From positions 1 to 47,902 of IMG/VR virus record IMGVR_UViG_3300020045_002682: 47,902 nt of DNA. One strand, written 5' to 3'. This DNA comes from a virus (taxonomy: Duplodnaviria > Caudoviricetes). Numbering within the stretch: position 1 is the stretch's first letter; each line of letters starts with the position of its first letter. The notes beneath the pieces are model-generated. The model ran no database searches and was not told the origin of the DNA. It was given only the letters and a program-made list of their open reading frames with translations. Below are positions 35,133 through 43,751 of this stretch, piece by piece. The translations under genes were made by a program, and so were the position numbers.

Positions 35133-35525
35133 TTACGAATCATCATGGACGCCCCAGAACGAATAGTCAGAGACCTGCCATTTTACGCCATGCGGATCAT
35201 CTTTCCATAAATGGCTAGTTTTGCTTCCATCATCTGCGTTGATACTAAACAGGGCGCTATTGGCCTCGATAACCTCATAACGCTTTCCTGGAGTGATATA
35301 ACTCCGCGCCGATTCCGGGACTTCGTGGGCGACCGCGTAGATTCCGGCATCTTGACTAACCACCTCAAGCTGGCCTTCATTATAAATATGCAGCGCCCCT
35401 TCAGTGCCCTCAGATGTAGACTCGACCACAAGCCTGCGCGCGCCCGCAAGGTTCGTGAAATCCGCCACGATAACACCGGGCCATGCGTAACCTTTGGTCT
35501 TGCGAACCTTATCGCCCATTTTCAT
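35133..35525 (-). CDS. DfrB (R67 DHFR)-like SH3 domain fused to a second small domain
   Basis: GDKVRKTKGYAWPGVIV...VVES...LHIY..QLE resembles R67 GDRVRKKSGAAWQGQIV...AVES...VQIY..ALE. Confidence 0.55.
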   Translation of the reverse strand: MKMGDKVRKTKGYAWPGVIVADFTNLAGARRLVVESTSEGTEGALHIYNEGQLEVVSQDAGIYAVAHEVPESARSYITPGKRYEVIEANSALFSINADDGSKTSHLWKDDPHGVKWQVSDYSFWGVHDDS

Positions 35526-35641
35526 TTTGCATTCTCCATACATTGAAGCCAAAAACCTGCCACACCCGCAAGAGCGTGTCAACCCCTCATTTTATGGTTG
35601 CGCTGGCTGGCGGGTGGCGTTATGGGGTGGACGGAAGGATA

Positions 35642-35809
35642 ATGAATGTGACTAGCTGGGTTATCGTAAGCAAGGAAACCGGCGAGGCCGTCATGGAAAC
35701 CTTCTGTCAAAACACGATCAAAAGAATTAACTTGGAAAAACATGACGTTATGCCGGTTATGGCGTACCTTCAGCATTTCAATCAAAAGATTAAGGAGCAG
35801 GAATCGTGA
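35642..35809 (+). CDS. Hypothetical protein
   Basis: GAAGGA RBS; SWVIVSKETGEAVMET. Confidence 0.65.
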   Translation: MNVTSWVIVSKETGEAVMETFCQNTIKRINLEKHDVMPVMAYLQHFNQKIKEQES

Positions 35810-35970
35810 ACGCCGAGGAATTTTACGAAGAAATAAAAGCCTTCCTGCGCTATGTCGGACTTGATTTTTACAACAAGGATAAGGTTGCGATACACATCGA
35901 AAATGGTAAGGTGCGCATGAGTCATGGACGCACAGTAATTTACATTGATGTAAATGGAGAAGAGCAATGA
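35806..35970 (+). CDS. 54-aa hypothetical protein MNAEEFYEEIK...
   Basis: AAGGAG RBS; GTGA/ATGA coupling. Confidence 0.65.
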   Translation: MNAEEFYEEIKAFLRYVGLDFYNKDKVAIHIENGKVRMSHGRTVIYIDVNGEEQ

Positions 35971-36284
35971 TTGACTGGCACAAACCAATTGAGACGGTCC
36001 CGGATGAGCGTAATCCTGCGCCGGTTCAGTGTAGCTATAGCAATGGCCACGTTTTTATAAATGGCGCATGGATTGATGATGACGGGGAGGATGAGGGCGG
36101 TGGGTATCCTTGGATCGTAAATCTTCGTTCCGGTACATTCGCTACCCTTGCGGGAGCCGTCCGCAACGTAGCCGAACACCCCATGCCCGAACCAACCGCA
36201 ACATGGTGGGCGCGCCGCTGGTATGACAGCGCAAGCCCGGATGAGCGTGAGGCTATGCGTGTGATTTTGGCGGGGGAAGGGTGA
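35967..36284 (+). CDS. Hypothetical protein (IDWxKP family)
   Basis: GGAG RBS; coupled. Confidence 0.7.
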   Translation: MIDWHKPIETVPDERNPAPVQCSYSNGHVFINGAWIDDDGEDEGGGYPWIVNLRSGTFATLAGAVRNVAEHPMPEPTATWWARRWYDSASPDEREAMRVILAGEG

Positions 36285-36336
36285 TGGGATGCTGGCCTAG
36301 CGGTTCATGGCAGCGCAATATCCAGGCATGAAGGCC

Positions 36337-37176
36337 TTAATCGTCAGATAAATCAATCCAAGCCCTAGTGCGGCACCCGCAATAAGGCTTCTGCTGCACC
36401 CAATCATCTGCGGGGACGGTTTCGCCACCGTCCACCGCTTTTTTCGTTTCCAGGTAATACACCTTGCCGTTGCGGGCTTGGTGCTCCTTTCGCGGGAATT
36501 TCTTGCGAGAATGCACCCATTCCACTTCCTCGATCCCAGCTTCGCGCTGGCGTTCCTCGGCTACGGATCCTGCAGCCTTGCTCAATTGGTCGCTGGCAAT
36601 CCGCAATGACCTATCACGCGCCATCCCACTAATCTCGCTCAATTCCTTGGCAACGTCACGCGCTGCCTTGCGCTGGTTAAGCCCGGAAAAGATCGTGTTT
36701 GCCATTTTCTGCTGGGTCTGGGTGGATACGTCCTTAATCAAGGCAACATTCCACTCGATCACGGTGCTTAGCGGCGCGCGGATGGCTTCGGGGCCGAGTA
36801 GGGTGCCAACGTCCACCTTGCACGCGCTAAGGATGGCCCCGCGCCATTTGTTTGTGACATATTCCCCAACGCCGAAAGCCCAATCCCGCACGCGGGTGGA
36901 CAGGAACGGCATCAGCCGCAAAACCTGTGCCTGCGCCTCATCTAGCGTGGCATTAACATCCGCCGCATCATCCTGGATAATCTCATTAAGGCTGCGCGCA
37001 TATGCCCCGTTGATAGCTGGCAGCGCATCATACCACACGTCAATCATGGGCTTGTAGGCGTTGCGGTACAGGTCTGTCGCCCGGACGGCGGGCGCAGTAA
37101 TATCAGGCAGGAAGAAGCCCTTACGCTTGGCGCGCGGGTTTGCTCGTTTGGTTATTTCGCTTAGGTTGTAGGGCAC
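36337..37176 (-). CDS. Minor head / head morphogenesis protein (Mu gpF-like)
   Basis: NVALIK, RIASDQ, WVHS..PRKEHQARNGK, PYCGC. Confidence 0.88.
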   Translation of the reverse strand: MPYNLSEITKRANPRAKRKGFFLPDITAPAVRATDLYRNAYKPMIDVWYDALPAINGAYARSLNEIIQDDAADVNATLDEAQAQVLRLMPFLSTRVRDWAFGVGEYVTNKWRGAILSACKVDVGTLLGPEAIRAPLSTVIEWNVALIKDVSTQTQQKMANTIFSGLNQRKAARDVAKELSEISGMARDRSLRIASDQLSKAAGSVAEERQREAGIEEVEWVHSRKKFPRKEHQARNGKVYYLETKKAVDGGETVPADDWVQQKPYCGCRTRAWIDLSDD

Positions 37177-37177
37177 C

Positions 37178-37393
37178 TTAGCACGAACCCTCAACAATGC
37201 TCAAAGGATGGTTCTCTACAGGCTCGCAAATAGCCTCGACAAACAGCCCGCCATGCTCCGAAAGCACGTCATCGAAAAACTCGAATGCCGCTTCCTCTCC
37301 GTGCATTTCGGCAATCAGGGACGCGCATTCTTTTAGTTTGTTGAAGGATTCGCTTAGCTGGATGCCTAGACGGTAGCCTACAAATGACGACAT
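37178..37393 (-). CDS. Hypothetical protein
   Basis: AGGAGAG RBS; between portal and gpF. Confidence 0.6.
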   Translation of the reverse strand: MSSFVGYRLGIQLSESFNKLKECASLIAEMHGEEAAFEFFDDVLSEHGGLFVEAICEPVENHPLSIVEGSC

Positions 37394-37422
37394 ATCGCTC
37401 TCCTGTGGCACGGTAGCGGGCC

Positions 37423-38784
37423 TTATTCTGGCCCGCCCCCGGCAGATGGATTAGACACCTCCCTTCCAGCCTGGAGTGCAGACGGATTACCGCCGTCATT
37501 ATCCGCAGAGATACCAAACCTGATATCTTCAGGGATTTCGCTAAGGGCTTGGTCAAGGCCTGGGACATATTCACGTTCGGCCATGAAGTTCTGAACGCCC
37601 TTGTTAAACGCTTCCTCGGGGATCGCCCCGGTAGCTTGTAGCGCGGCAATGGCCTCCATGTTCGTCTTGAACGTGGTCGCTTCCTCAACCTCACTAGGAA
37701 CGGAAAGCGGAGCCCAGCGCCATGTAATCTCGCCCTTGGCGCCCGCGCTTGCGATCAGGAACGGGTCCAGCTTCTCGAGGCAAGGGCGCACCTCAAGCTC
37801 CTGCCCGGTCTTTACGGTGCGGTTCCAGTTCAGTGTGTCGTGATCACCGGTCGCGTTCATTCCCGCAGGGGACCGCCCCATAAGCCGGGTAAAAGGAATA
37901 TCCGAAACAGCCGCAACACGCTGGTCGAATGCGTCCATCATGGCCGGGATGCCAGCCCATGTGATTTGGTAGTCGGCAATGGTTTCGCCCGGATCATCCG
38001 CGCCGCCGGGTGCGCGGAACACGGTAGCGTTGAGCACGCTTTCGCTGGACGCGATCAAGGCGATACGGGATGCAAGATTTTCAGGGCTGATGGCCTCAAG
38101 GTTCGGCATACCAATGCGCAGTAGTTTGGCTTTGCGCACAAGCTCCGCGAACCAGCCCTGCGATTCATCTGAGCGCGTAACTTCACGGAACACACGCATC
38201 ATTCGGATATCGCCCCAGAACGCATCCTCGAACGTGGTCGCGGAACCGCATGGCAATGGTGATCCACGAAACGCAATGACACGGCTGGGATGGATTAAGG
38301 TAGCTGCGCCGTTGTCTTTGCGGGTAAGCTCCCACATGACGGGCGTGCCATAGTTCGGGTCCGATATATCCTCGTGCCAGCCTTTAGCCTGGATTTGCCA
38401 ACGCGACACGACAGGAAGCGCAATTATGCCGCCCGCGTTTACGGAGGTTAGCGGCTTACTGTGTTCGCCAGCCGTGACGATGATTATAGCACCGCCACCG
38501 ATGCCGCGAAGAGTTTCCGCTTCCTTGGTTTTGTTGACTAGATCAAGGCGCTTTTCCTCCTTTTCGAGTAGCGTAATCTGGTCTGCCTCGGCCTGCCAGT
38601 CGCGCCACTCCCGCACCTTATCCTCTGCAGGGATAGTGATAACCTTTTTCATCATGCCGCTGGACGAATATGCAGCAAGCGCAAGGTCATAGGAAAGCGT
38701 GTTAATGCCTTCAAGCGGCCCGCTCCGGTATCCGGCCAGCTTGCCGATCCGTTCGATTTCGCCGCGAAGGCTGTCAGTTATCAT
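37423..38784 (-). CDS. Portal protein (DUF1073-like)
   Basis: IPAEDKVREW, IHPSRVI, SDIPFTRLMGRSPAGMNATG. Confidence 0.9.
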   Translation of the reverse strand: MITDSLRGEIERIGKLAGYRSGPLEGINTLSYDLALAAYSSSGMMKKVITIPAEDKVREWRDWQAEADQITLLEKEEKRLDLVNKTKEAETLRGIGGGAIIIVTAGEHSKPLTSVNAGGIIALPVVSRWQIQAKGWHEDISDPNYGTPVMWELTRKDNGAATLIHPSRVIAFRGSPLPCGSATTFEDAFWGDIRMMRVFREVTRSDESQGWFAELVRKAKLLRIGMPNLEAISPENLASRIALIASSESVLNATVFRAPGGADDPGETIADYQITWAGIPAMMDAFDQRVAAVSDIPFTRLMGRSPAGMNATGDHDTLNWNRTVKTGQELEVRPCLEKLDPFLIASAGAKGEITWRWAPLSVPSEVEEATTFKTNMEAIAALQATGAIPEEAFNKGVQNFMAEREYVPGLDQALSEIPEDIRFGISADNDGGNPSALQAGREVSNPSAGGGPE

Positions 38785-38883
38785 GGTGCGAGCGTATTAT
38801 ATGGAGTTGGTTCATTTTACCGCTTGCGTGTTGGTTAGGTGTGTGCGATAGGGGGCGCAGGACTTAACGAAAGGACAACAATC

Positions 38884-39270
38884 ATGAACGAACAAGAAAT
38901 CCGCGACAAGGGTTTTGAAGCTTGGTATGGCGGGGATACTGGCCCCGAAGATTATGATGGGGAGGTTTTACTTCGTGGTGGATGGCAGGGCAACCATAGC
39001 GAAATAGATCGGTGGTGCTGGAAACAAGATGGTTCGACACTCGACATCGTTGGCTACAAACGCAAGGAACCTGAAATGCCACAATGGGTGCAGGACCGCT
39101 ACGCAGCTATGGACAAGGCTGATGTCTGCGCACTAATCCTAAAGCACGAAGAACCGCCCGTCGATCCAGATGTTGCGTTGGCACGAAAGCACTATGATGC
39201 ATGGATGGATGGAGATTACGTAGTAAGAGAAGCAATCCTAGCCGCAATCAAGGAGGCTCGTAATGCGTGA
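38884..39270 (+). CDS. Hypothetical early-type protein inserted between terL and portal
   Basis: AAGGA RBS; WYGG..P...WCW...DIVGYK. Confidence 0.7.
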   Translation: MNEQEIRDKGFEAWYGGDTGPEDYDGEVLLRGGWQGNHSEIDRWCWKQDGSTLDIVGYKRKEPEMPQWVQDRYAAMDKADVCALILKHEEPPVDPDVALARKHYDAWMDGDYVVREAILAAIKEARNA

Positions 39271-39421
39271 ACCAGGATTCTATTGGGTGCGCTATGTAGT
39301 GCCTTATGTGGCTGAGTGGGGCGCTGACGATAAGTGGTATCTTCCCGGCCTCACTCAGCCATACGCCGACAAAGACTTCACCTACATCGCGGATCAGCCT
39401 ATCAAGGCGTCGATTGAGTAG
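39263..39421 (+). CDS. 52-aa protein MREPGFYWVR...
   Basis: AAGGAGG RBS; overlaps the terL 3' end convergently. Confidence 0.65.
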   Translation: MREPGFYWVRYVVPYVAEWGADDKWYLPGLTQPYADKDFTYIADQPIKASIE

Positions 39422-40761
39422 CGGCTTCCACCCGTCATTAATTCGGTCATAGCCCAAACCAAAGCATCCGCCCTATCTGGCGAACCTTCACCTACATATC
39501 CGGATGCCGTAAAATTGCACATTTGATCCTCAAGGTCGGGAAGGTCGCCACAGTGACTAACCCGGCCTTGTTCGTATATGGCGCTGATAGGCTCTGCGCG
39601 CACAACCTTGCCGCGAGTAGCGGTTACAGCCTTGAACGGGATATTGCGATTGGAACTCTGGATGATGGCGCGCACCATATCGCCGCCGAAGTTCTTTTCA
39701 GCCACAATCCTATCTGCCCCATAACGCTTATACAGGTCGCAGGCGCGCTTACCCCACCCCTCGGGTGACATATTGCAGGATGCATCCTCCAGCACGTATC
39801 CCCGACCATCTGTGCCTAGCCCTGCCACAACAATTCCAATGTCGTCACCTCCACCATCACCCTTAGTGCCGGATGGATCGACGGCTACAACGATACGCTG
39901 GAAGTCCACAGGCGAACCAGCATAGGAGGCTAGGGGCTTGCCTTCATCCCACTCTAGGCGCGCACGGAATTGGTCTATGCCTGGAATGTCGCCAGCCTCA
40001 GTAACGCGGTTCTCCAGCGCCCATAGGGCACCGTTGACTTCGCTTGCCCATTCGCCGCTTTCGAAGCGTAGGCGCTGGGCGGCTGACATGTTTCCGAGAA
40101 TCTCGAAATACTTGGGCGGTAGGTTTTCGACGTTATCAGCAGGATTGACCAGCATTTCTGCGTAGTCATCAGGGTTCTGTAGCTTCTCCTTTGTTCCGGG
40201 CTTCATTTTTGCCCGGAAGAGTTGGAAGCTCCAATGAAGTTTGCTAGGAGGGTTGCAGTCGAAGAACGCCTTTAGCTTAATGTGCGTCTTGCCAGTGTAT
40301 TTAGCTATATCAGGATGCAGTTTTACATTCTGAGCAAGACGCGACATAGCCATCTCAACGGATGACCAAGGAATCTGCGAGGCTTCGTTGAAATAAAGCG
40401 TGGCATATTCTTGTCCGAGTACACGCTCCACACGTTCGTTAGAATCCAGGCCACCTAAAACAATCTGACTTCCGTTATCGAAAGTCATAATTAGGTCGGT
40501 TTCATTCTTAGTATACTTCAAGTCAGGAAAGCAGAGCTTTAGAACTTTAGGGAGGGTATCTTTCCAGATAGATGCGCGCGCGTGATTAAACCGGAAGCGC
40601 CAGATAGCGTGCCGGGAACCAGGGGCGTTAATGCAACGCTGGATTATGGTGCGAACTAGGAGGAATGTCTTGCCGCTACGGCTACCCCCGCGCAACATCA
40701 CATTAGATGCCGGTCCAGAAAGTAGTGCGCGTGCCTCTAGCTGCTTAGGCGTTAATTTCAA
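39394..40761 (-). CDS. terL: Terminase large subunit
   Basis: LRGGSRSGKT, YFNEASQ, DCNPP, VVAVDP, AEKNFGG, SPDRADALVW. Confidence 0.95.
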   Translation of the reverse strand: MKLTPKQLEARALLSGPASNVMLRGGSRSGKTFLLVRTIIQRCINAPGSRHAIWRFRFNHARASIWKDTLPKVLKLCFPDLKYTKNETDLIMTFDNGSQIVLGGLDSNERVERVLGQEYATLYFNEASQIPWSSVEMAMSRLAQNVKLHPDIAKYTGKTHIKLKAFFDCNPPSKLHWSFQLFRAKMKPGTKEKLQNPDDYAEMLVNPADNVENLPPKYFEILGNMSAAQRLRFESGEWASEVNGALWALENRVTEAGDIPGIDQFRARLEWDEGKPLASYAGSPVDFQRIVVAVDPSGTKGDGGGDDIGIVVAGLGTDGRGYVLEDASCNMSPEGWGKRACDLYKRYGADRIVAEKNFGGDMVRAIIQSSNRNIPFKAVTATRGKVVRAEPISAIYEQGRVSHCGDLPDLEDQMCNFTASGYVGEGSPDRADALVWAMTELMTGGSRYSIDALIG

Positions 40762-41217
40762 TCAAGCCTCTGCGTCCTCTGGAGAGATCGTAATCCCAAC
40801 AGTGCCAGTGTGCTCAATAGTCTCCTTAAATGCCTGAATCTGCTTGTGCTTGCCGAGAATTTCCAGAGCCTTTAGGGCATCCTTAGCGTTGAACACGTAA
40901 AGCGGACGGCCTTCATCATCGGTCTGTTGCGACCCATCCTTGTTCAGGACAGGCTCAATCTCCTGCATACAGCGTTCATGCACCTTGACAGCCTGAGTGA
41001 GAATGTAAGCCGCGTCGATGGTGGCTCTTTCAGCGGCGGCTTCCATTAGTTCCTTAATCCGTTCTCTGATTTCCGGGTTCCGGATAGTCATAGCCCAAGC
41101 ATTATTCTTGGCAGTCTTAGCGGAATATCCAGCCTTGATATACGCCTTATCCGCCGTAATGCCAGATGATCGATATTGGCAGAATAATTCTTGTCGCGGG
41201 TCTTTAAGAATCGGCAT
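40762..41217 (-). CDS. terS: Terminase small subunit
   Basis: RQELFCQY...AYIKAGYS...ALKALEILGKH. Confidence 0.9.
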   Translation of the reverse strand: MPILKDPRQELFCQYRSSGITADKAYIKAGYSAKTAKNNAWAMTIRNPEIRERIKELMEAAAERATIDAAYILTQAVKVHERCMQEIEPVLNKDGSQQTDDEGRPLYVFNAKDALKALEILGKHKQIQAFKETIEHTGTVGITISPEDAEA

Positions 41218-41386
41218 TGTGCATCGCCCGCAATTCTTCCAGCTTCTGCCTACCTAGCGCCCTACGGTAAACCTGGGCGGATGCCTTACCCCACATACGC
41301 TCGCACTTACGCCATCCCTCACGCACAAAAACCTCCGCGAACTCGGGAGGTATTGGCATTGGGGTGCGGGTGGGGAGGCAGCGCAT
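41204..41386 (-). CDS. Hypothetical protein
   Basis: ORF just upstream of terS. Confidence 0.5.
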   Translation of the reverse strand: MRCLPTRTPMPIPPEFAEVFVREGWRKCERMWGKASAQVYRRALGRQKLEELRAMHNADS

Positions 41387-41525
41387 GGTTATGCGTCTTG
41401 CGTGAAGAATGCGTTATAAACATCCCTCATAGCCTCAAGATAACCTTGCTGGTAATCGTCATCAGCCGGATCATCATCATATGACTTAATTACGGATTCT
41501 AGGTACGCCTTTACATCATCCACAA

Positions 41526-41684
41526 TCAAACCCTCTCATTCCACAACTCAACCGCCGCGACTTCCGTATCCGCATCAGGGCCGATTGCCCCGCATGATTC
41601 GCAGGCCACATAGAACGACGCACCCTCTGTAAGCGTTAGCTCCGAGGATGCGCAGAACGGGCAGTCGTCGATTGTGGTTTTCAT
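41526..41684 (-). CDS. Lar-family restriction alleviation-like protein (52 aa)
   Basis: Hand translation MKTTIDDCPFCAS...YVACESCGAIGP...AAVELWNER. Confidence 0.75.
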   Translation of the reverse strand: MKTTIDDCPFCASSELTLTEGASFYVACESCGAIGPDADTEVAAVELWNERV

Positions 41685-41713
41685 GTTGTGGCCGTAGCGT
41701 CTGCTATGTTAAC

Positions 41714-41944
41714 CTAGCGTGAATTAAGGTCAGGACGGTATGCGCCGATCTTAGTCCAGTCCGTCTTAGGCGGCTCAAGGCGCTTAGGCTGCGGAATAGC
41801 TGCATACCTACCCTTGCTCGCATCCCATCCGAATTTTTCGGCCATAGCATGAACTCCGTAACGTGGGGTACTGCAAATATTGCAGCGCCCAGCCACAATG
41901 ATAAGGATATGCCCGCAGAATGGGCAATGACATAGGCTAACCAT
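41714..41944 (-). CDS. Zinc-ribbon hypothetical protein
   Basis: CPFCG...CNIC. Confidence 0.55.
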   Translation of the reverse strand: MVSLCHCPFCGHILIIVAGRCNICSTPRYGVHAMAEKFGWDASKGRYAAIPQPKRLEPPKTDWTKIGAYRPDLNSR

Positions 41945-42485
41945 ATGCTTGGTCTTCGTCAATTATGTTAACGCCCACGCATTGCGCCACCTCCATAAAC
42001 TGCTCCCGAGCCGCAGGCGTTGCCCGGTTCCATGCCCGGATGATGTGTGTGGCAAGCGTGCTGTCCACATCGTCATCCTCGAACATCTCGCCGTGCGTAT
42101 AGCGATGCTGGGTGACAGCCTCCCGCAAGTCCTGCGGCTTTAACTTCTCCACGCTTGCTTTCTTGAGAAGGGCTAGGCCCTCATCCTGCGGTAGCGATGC
42201 CACGATGGCATGATGCTCCACAGACAGCGTGCGGTCGCGCAATGCAGGCGGGAACCTGTCAGCTGCCTTGCTCGCGTCCTTCAGAGCCTTCGGGCTAATG
42301 CCTAGCTGCTCTGACAGGAAATCGAACTTGGTCTGCTCCAGGTAGCCAGCTTGTTTGCCGGTGTGCATCCATTCCGCAAGGGACCAATCTAGTTCTCGGC
42401 GCTTGCCTACTAGGGTGCGACCTTCTTCGATCCAGGTTAGGGCTTCTTCGGGGAGGGTGACAGAGTGGATAAGGGCTGGGGTCAT
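41937..42485 (-). CDS. LmbU-like putative DNA-binding regulator
   Basis: WSLAEW...LGISPKALKDA...FP..LRDRTLSVEHHAIVASL..LLKKA....LREAV. Confidence 0.55.
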   Translation of the reverse strand: MTPALIHSVTLPEEALTWIEEGRTLVGKRRELDWSLAEWMHTGKQAGYLEQTKFDFLSEQLGISPKALKDASKAADRFPPALRDRTLSVEHHAIVASLPQDEGLALLKKASVEKLKPQDLREAVTQHRYTHGEMFEDDDVDSTLATHIIRAWNRATPAAREQFMEVAQCVGVNIIDEDQAYG

Positions 42486-42793
42486 TAATCCTGCCCCATC
42501 ATAAGAAGCATAACGGCGTAAAATGTGGCCTTGTCGTACTCATCCTTCCACAGATAATAGATGGTTGAGATTGCACTAGCGATAGCCACTACAGCCTTAA
42601 AAATCTCCATCACTTCCCCCTCTTAACAAACCGCCCATCAGCCCCGCGTGCCGGGAGTGTGGATAGTTCCTTGATGATTGCGCGCATCCGGGCGACTTCA
42701 CTAGCCTTTATGGCGTAGAGTTTACCGGGAATGATTGTGGTTAGGGTTAGGTCGGTCATGATTTACTCCTTCGTCTTCGCTATGCGCGGTTGC

Positions 42794-43024
42794 TCATGTA
42801 TGTGGGGTTAACCCGAAAAGTTCTTGCACAGCCCCTACAAGGCTCTCTGAACACGCAGACCGATTTTCCGCACCAACATACCATTTCCCATCCAGTCGGC
42901 GCTGCACGGCCACCGTAGGGCAATTCTCGGGCACATCAAGGGATTCGCCATCCACCGTGAGGGTTTTGGCGTGACGCAGGTTGGTGGTTACTAGGGTGCG
43001 GTTGTTGTGGTTGAGGTCAACCAT
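42794..43024 (-). CDS. Hypothetical protein
   Basis: ORF track; overlaps the upstream gene. Confidence 0.65.
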   Translation of the reverse strand: MVDLNHNNRTLVTTNLRHAKTLTVDGESLDVPENCPTVAVQRRLDGKWYVGAENRSACSESLVGAVQELFGLTPHT

Positions 43025-43511
43025 GAACCACAGCCTCTACCAGCTTGCCGTCTTCGAAGATGAGTTCGAGGTTGGCCCCGCGCTGCGTTGTGTCGTATGA
43101 CGTGCCCGCGTTGGCGTACAGCCACTGCACGGTGCGCACAGGCTTGGCCGGGGCGTTCTGCAAATGGAGTGGGCCAGATTCAGAACTATAGCTGCCATCA
43201 ATGCGCCAAAGCCTCACATCCTCATCAACAATCCCCACAACCGGATAATCCCCCGGCGCATCCGTGCACAAGATACGCACATCGCGGCCATCGCGGGTCT
43301 GTACCGGTAGGTCGTAGTTGATTTGGGTTGCGTAGTAGGGGTGGGTTGCGGGGAGGCGGATGGTGGTGATGCTGGAAACCCAGCCTTGAATGCAAGATGC
43401 GGGATATTCACCCCATGTAGCATACCGCCACTGCACCTGCACCATATCATCATCCCGCACAAACTCAGGCCGCTTGCCATTGACGGGGATTTCTGGTCCG
43501 TATTCAGTCAT
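43017..43511 (-). CDS. Hypothetical two-module protein
   Basis: GAGAAGGAG RBS; INYDLPVQTRDGRDVRIL module. Confidence 0.75.
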   Translation of the reverse strand: MTEYGPEIPVNGKRPEFVRDDDMVQVQWRYATWGEYPASCIQGWVSSITTIRLPATHPYYATQINYDLPVQTRDGRDVRILCTDAPGDYPVVGIVDEDVRLWRIDGSYSSESGPLHLQNAPAKPVRTVQWLYANAGTSYDTTQRGANLELIFEDGKLVEAVVHG

Positions 43512-43565
43512 GTCGTGTTCTCCTTCTCGGCCATGGCTATACCAGGATTGCGGGGATGTAAAGGG

Positions 43566-43739
43566 TTATTTTTGGGATGCTTGGGCGCGTACAAACGTGG
43601 ACCCATCAAGCTCACCAGTCACAGGATCACGGCCGCAAGCCACAGGGCATGACGTGTTAAGGCCATTACAGCTTTCGCAATCCCCATCAGCCTTCTCAAC
43701 CCGCTCCGCAAGTGCCAGCAGGGTAGCTTTGTCAGTCAT
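43566..43739 (-). CDS. 57-aa Cys-containing protein MTDKATLLALAERVE...
   Basis: GAGGA RBS; CESC..SCPVAC. Confidence 0.6.
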   Translation of the reverse strand: MTDKATLLALAERVEKADGDCESCNGLNTSCPVACGRDPVTGELDGSTFVRAQASQK

Positions 43740-43751
43740 GGTGTGGGTTCC

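Noticed and set aside
37423-38784. Anti-CBASS Acb1 label sometimes given to DUF1073 proteins
   Set aside because: Size, motifs and position indicate the portal; no 2H-phosphoesterase HxT pair was recognised
40755-40770. Read-through fusion of terS and terL (TGA TTG in frame)
   Set aside because: GAGG upstream supports independent TTG initiation; abutting genes are common and there is no read-through evidence
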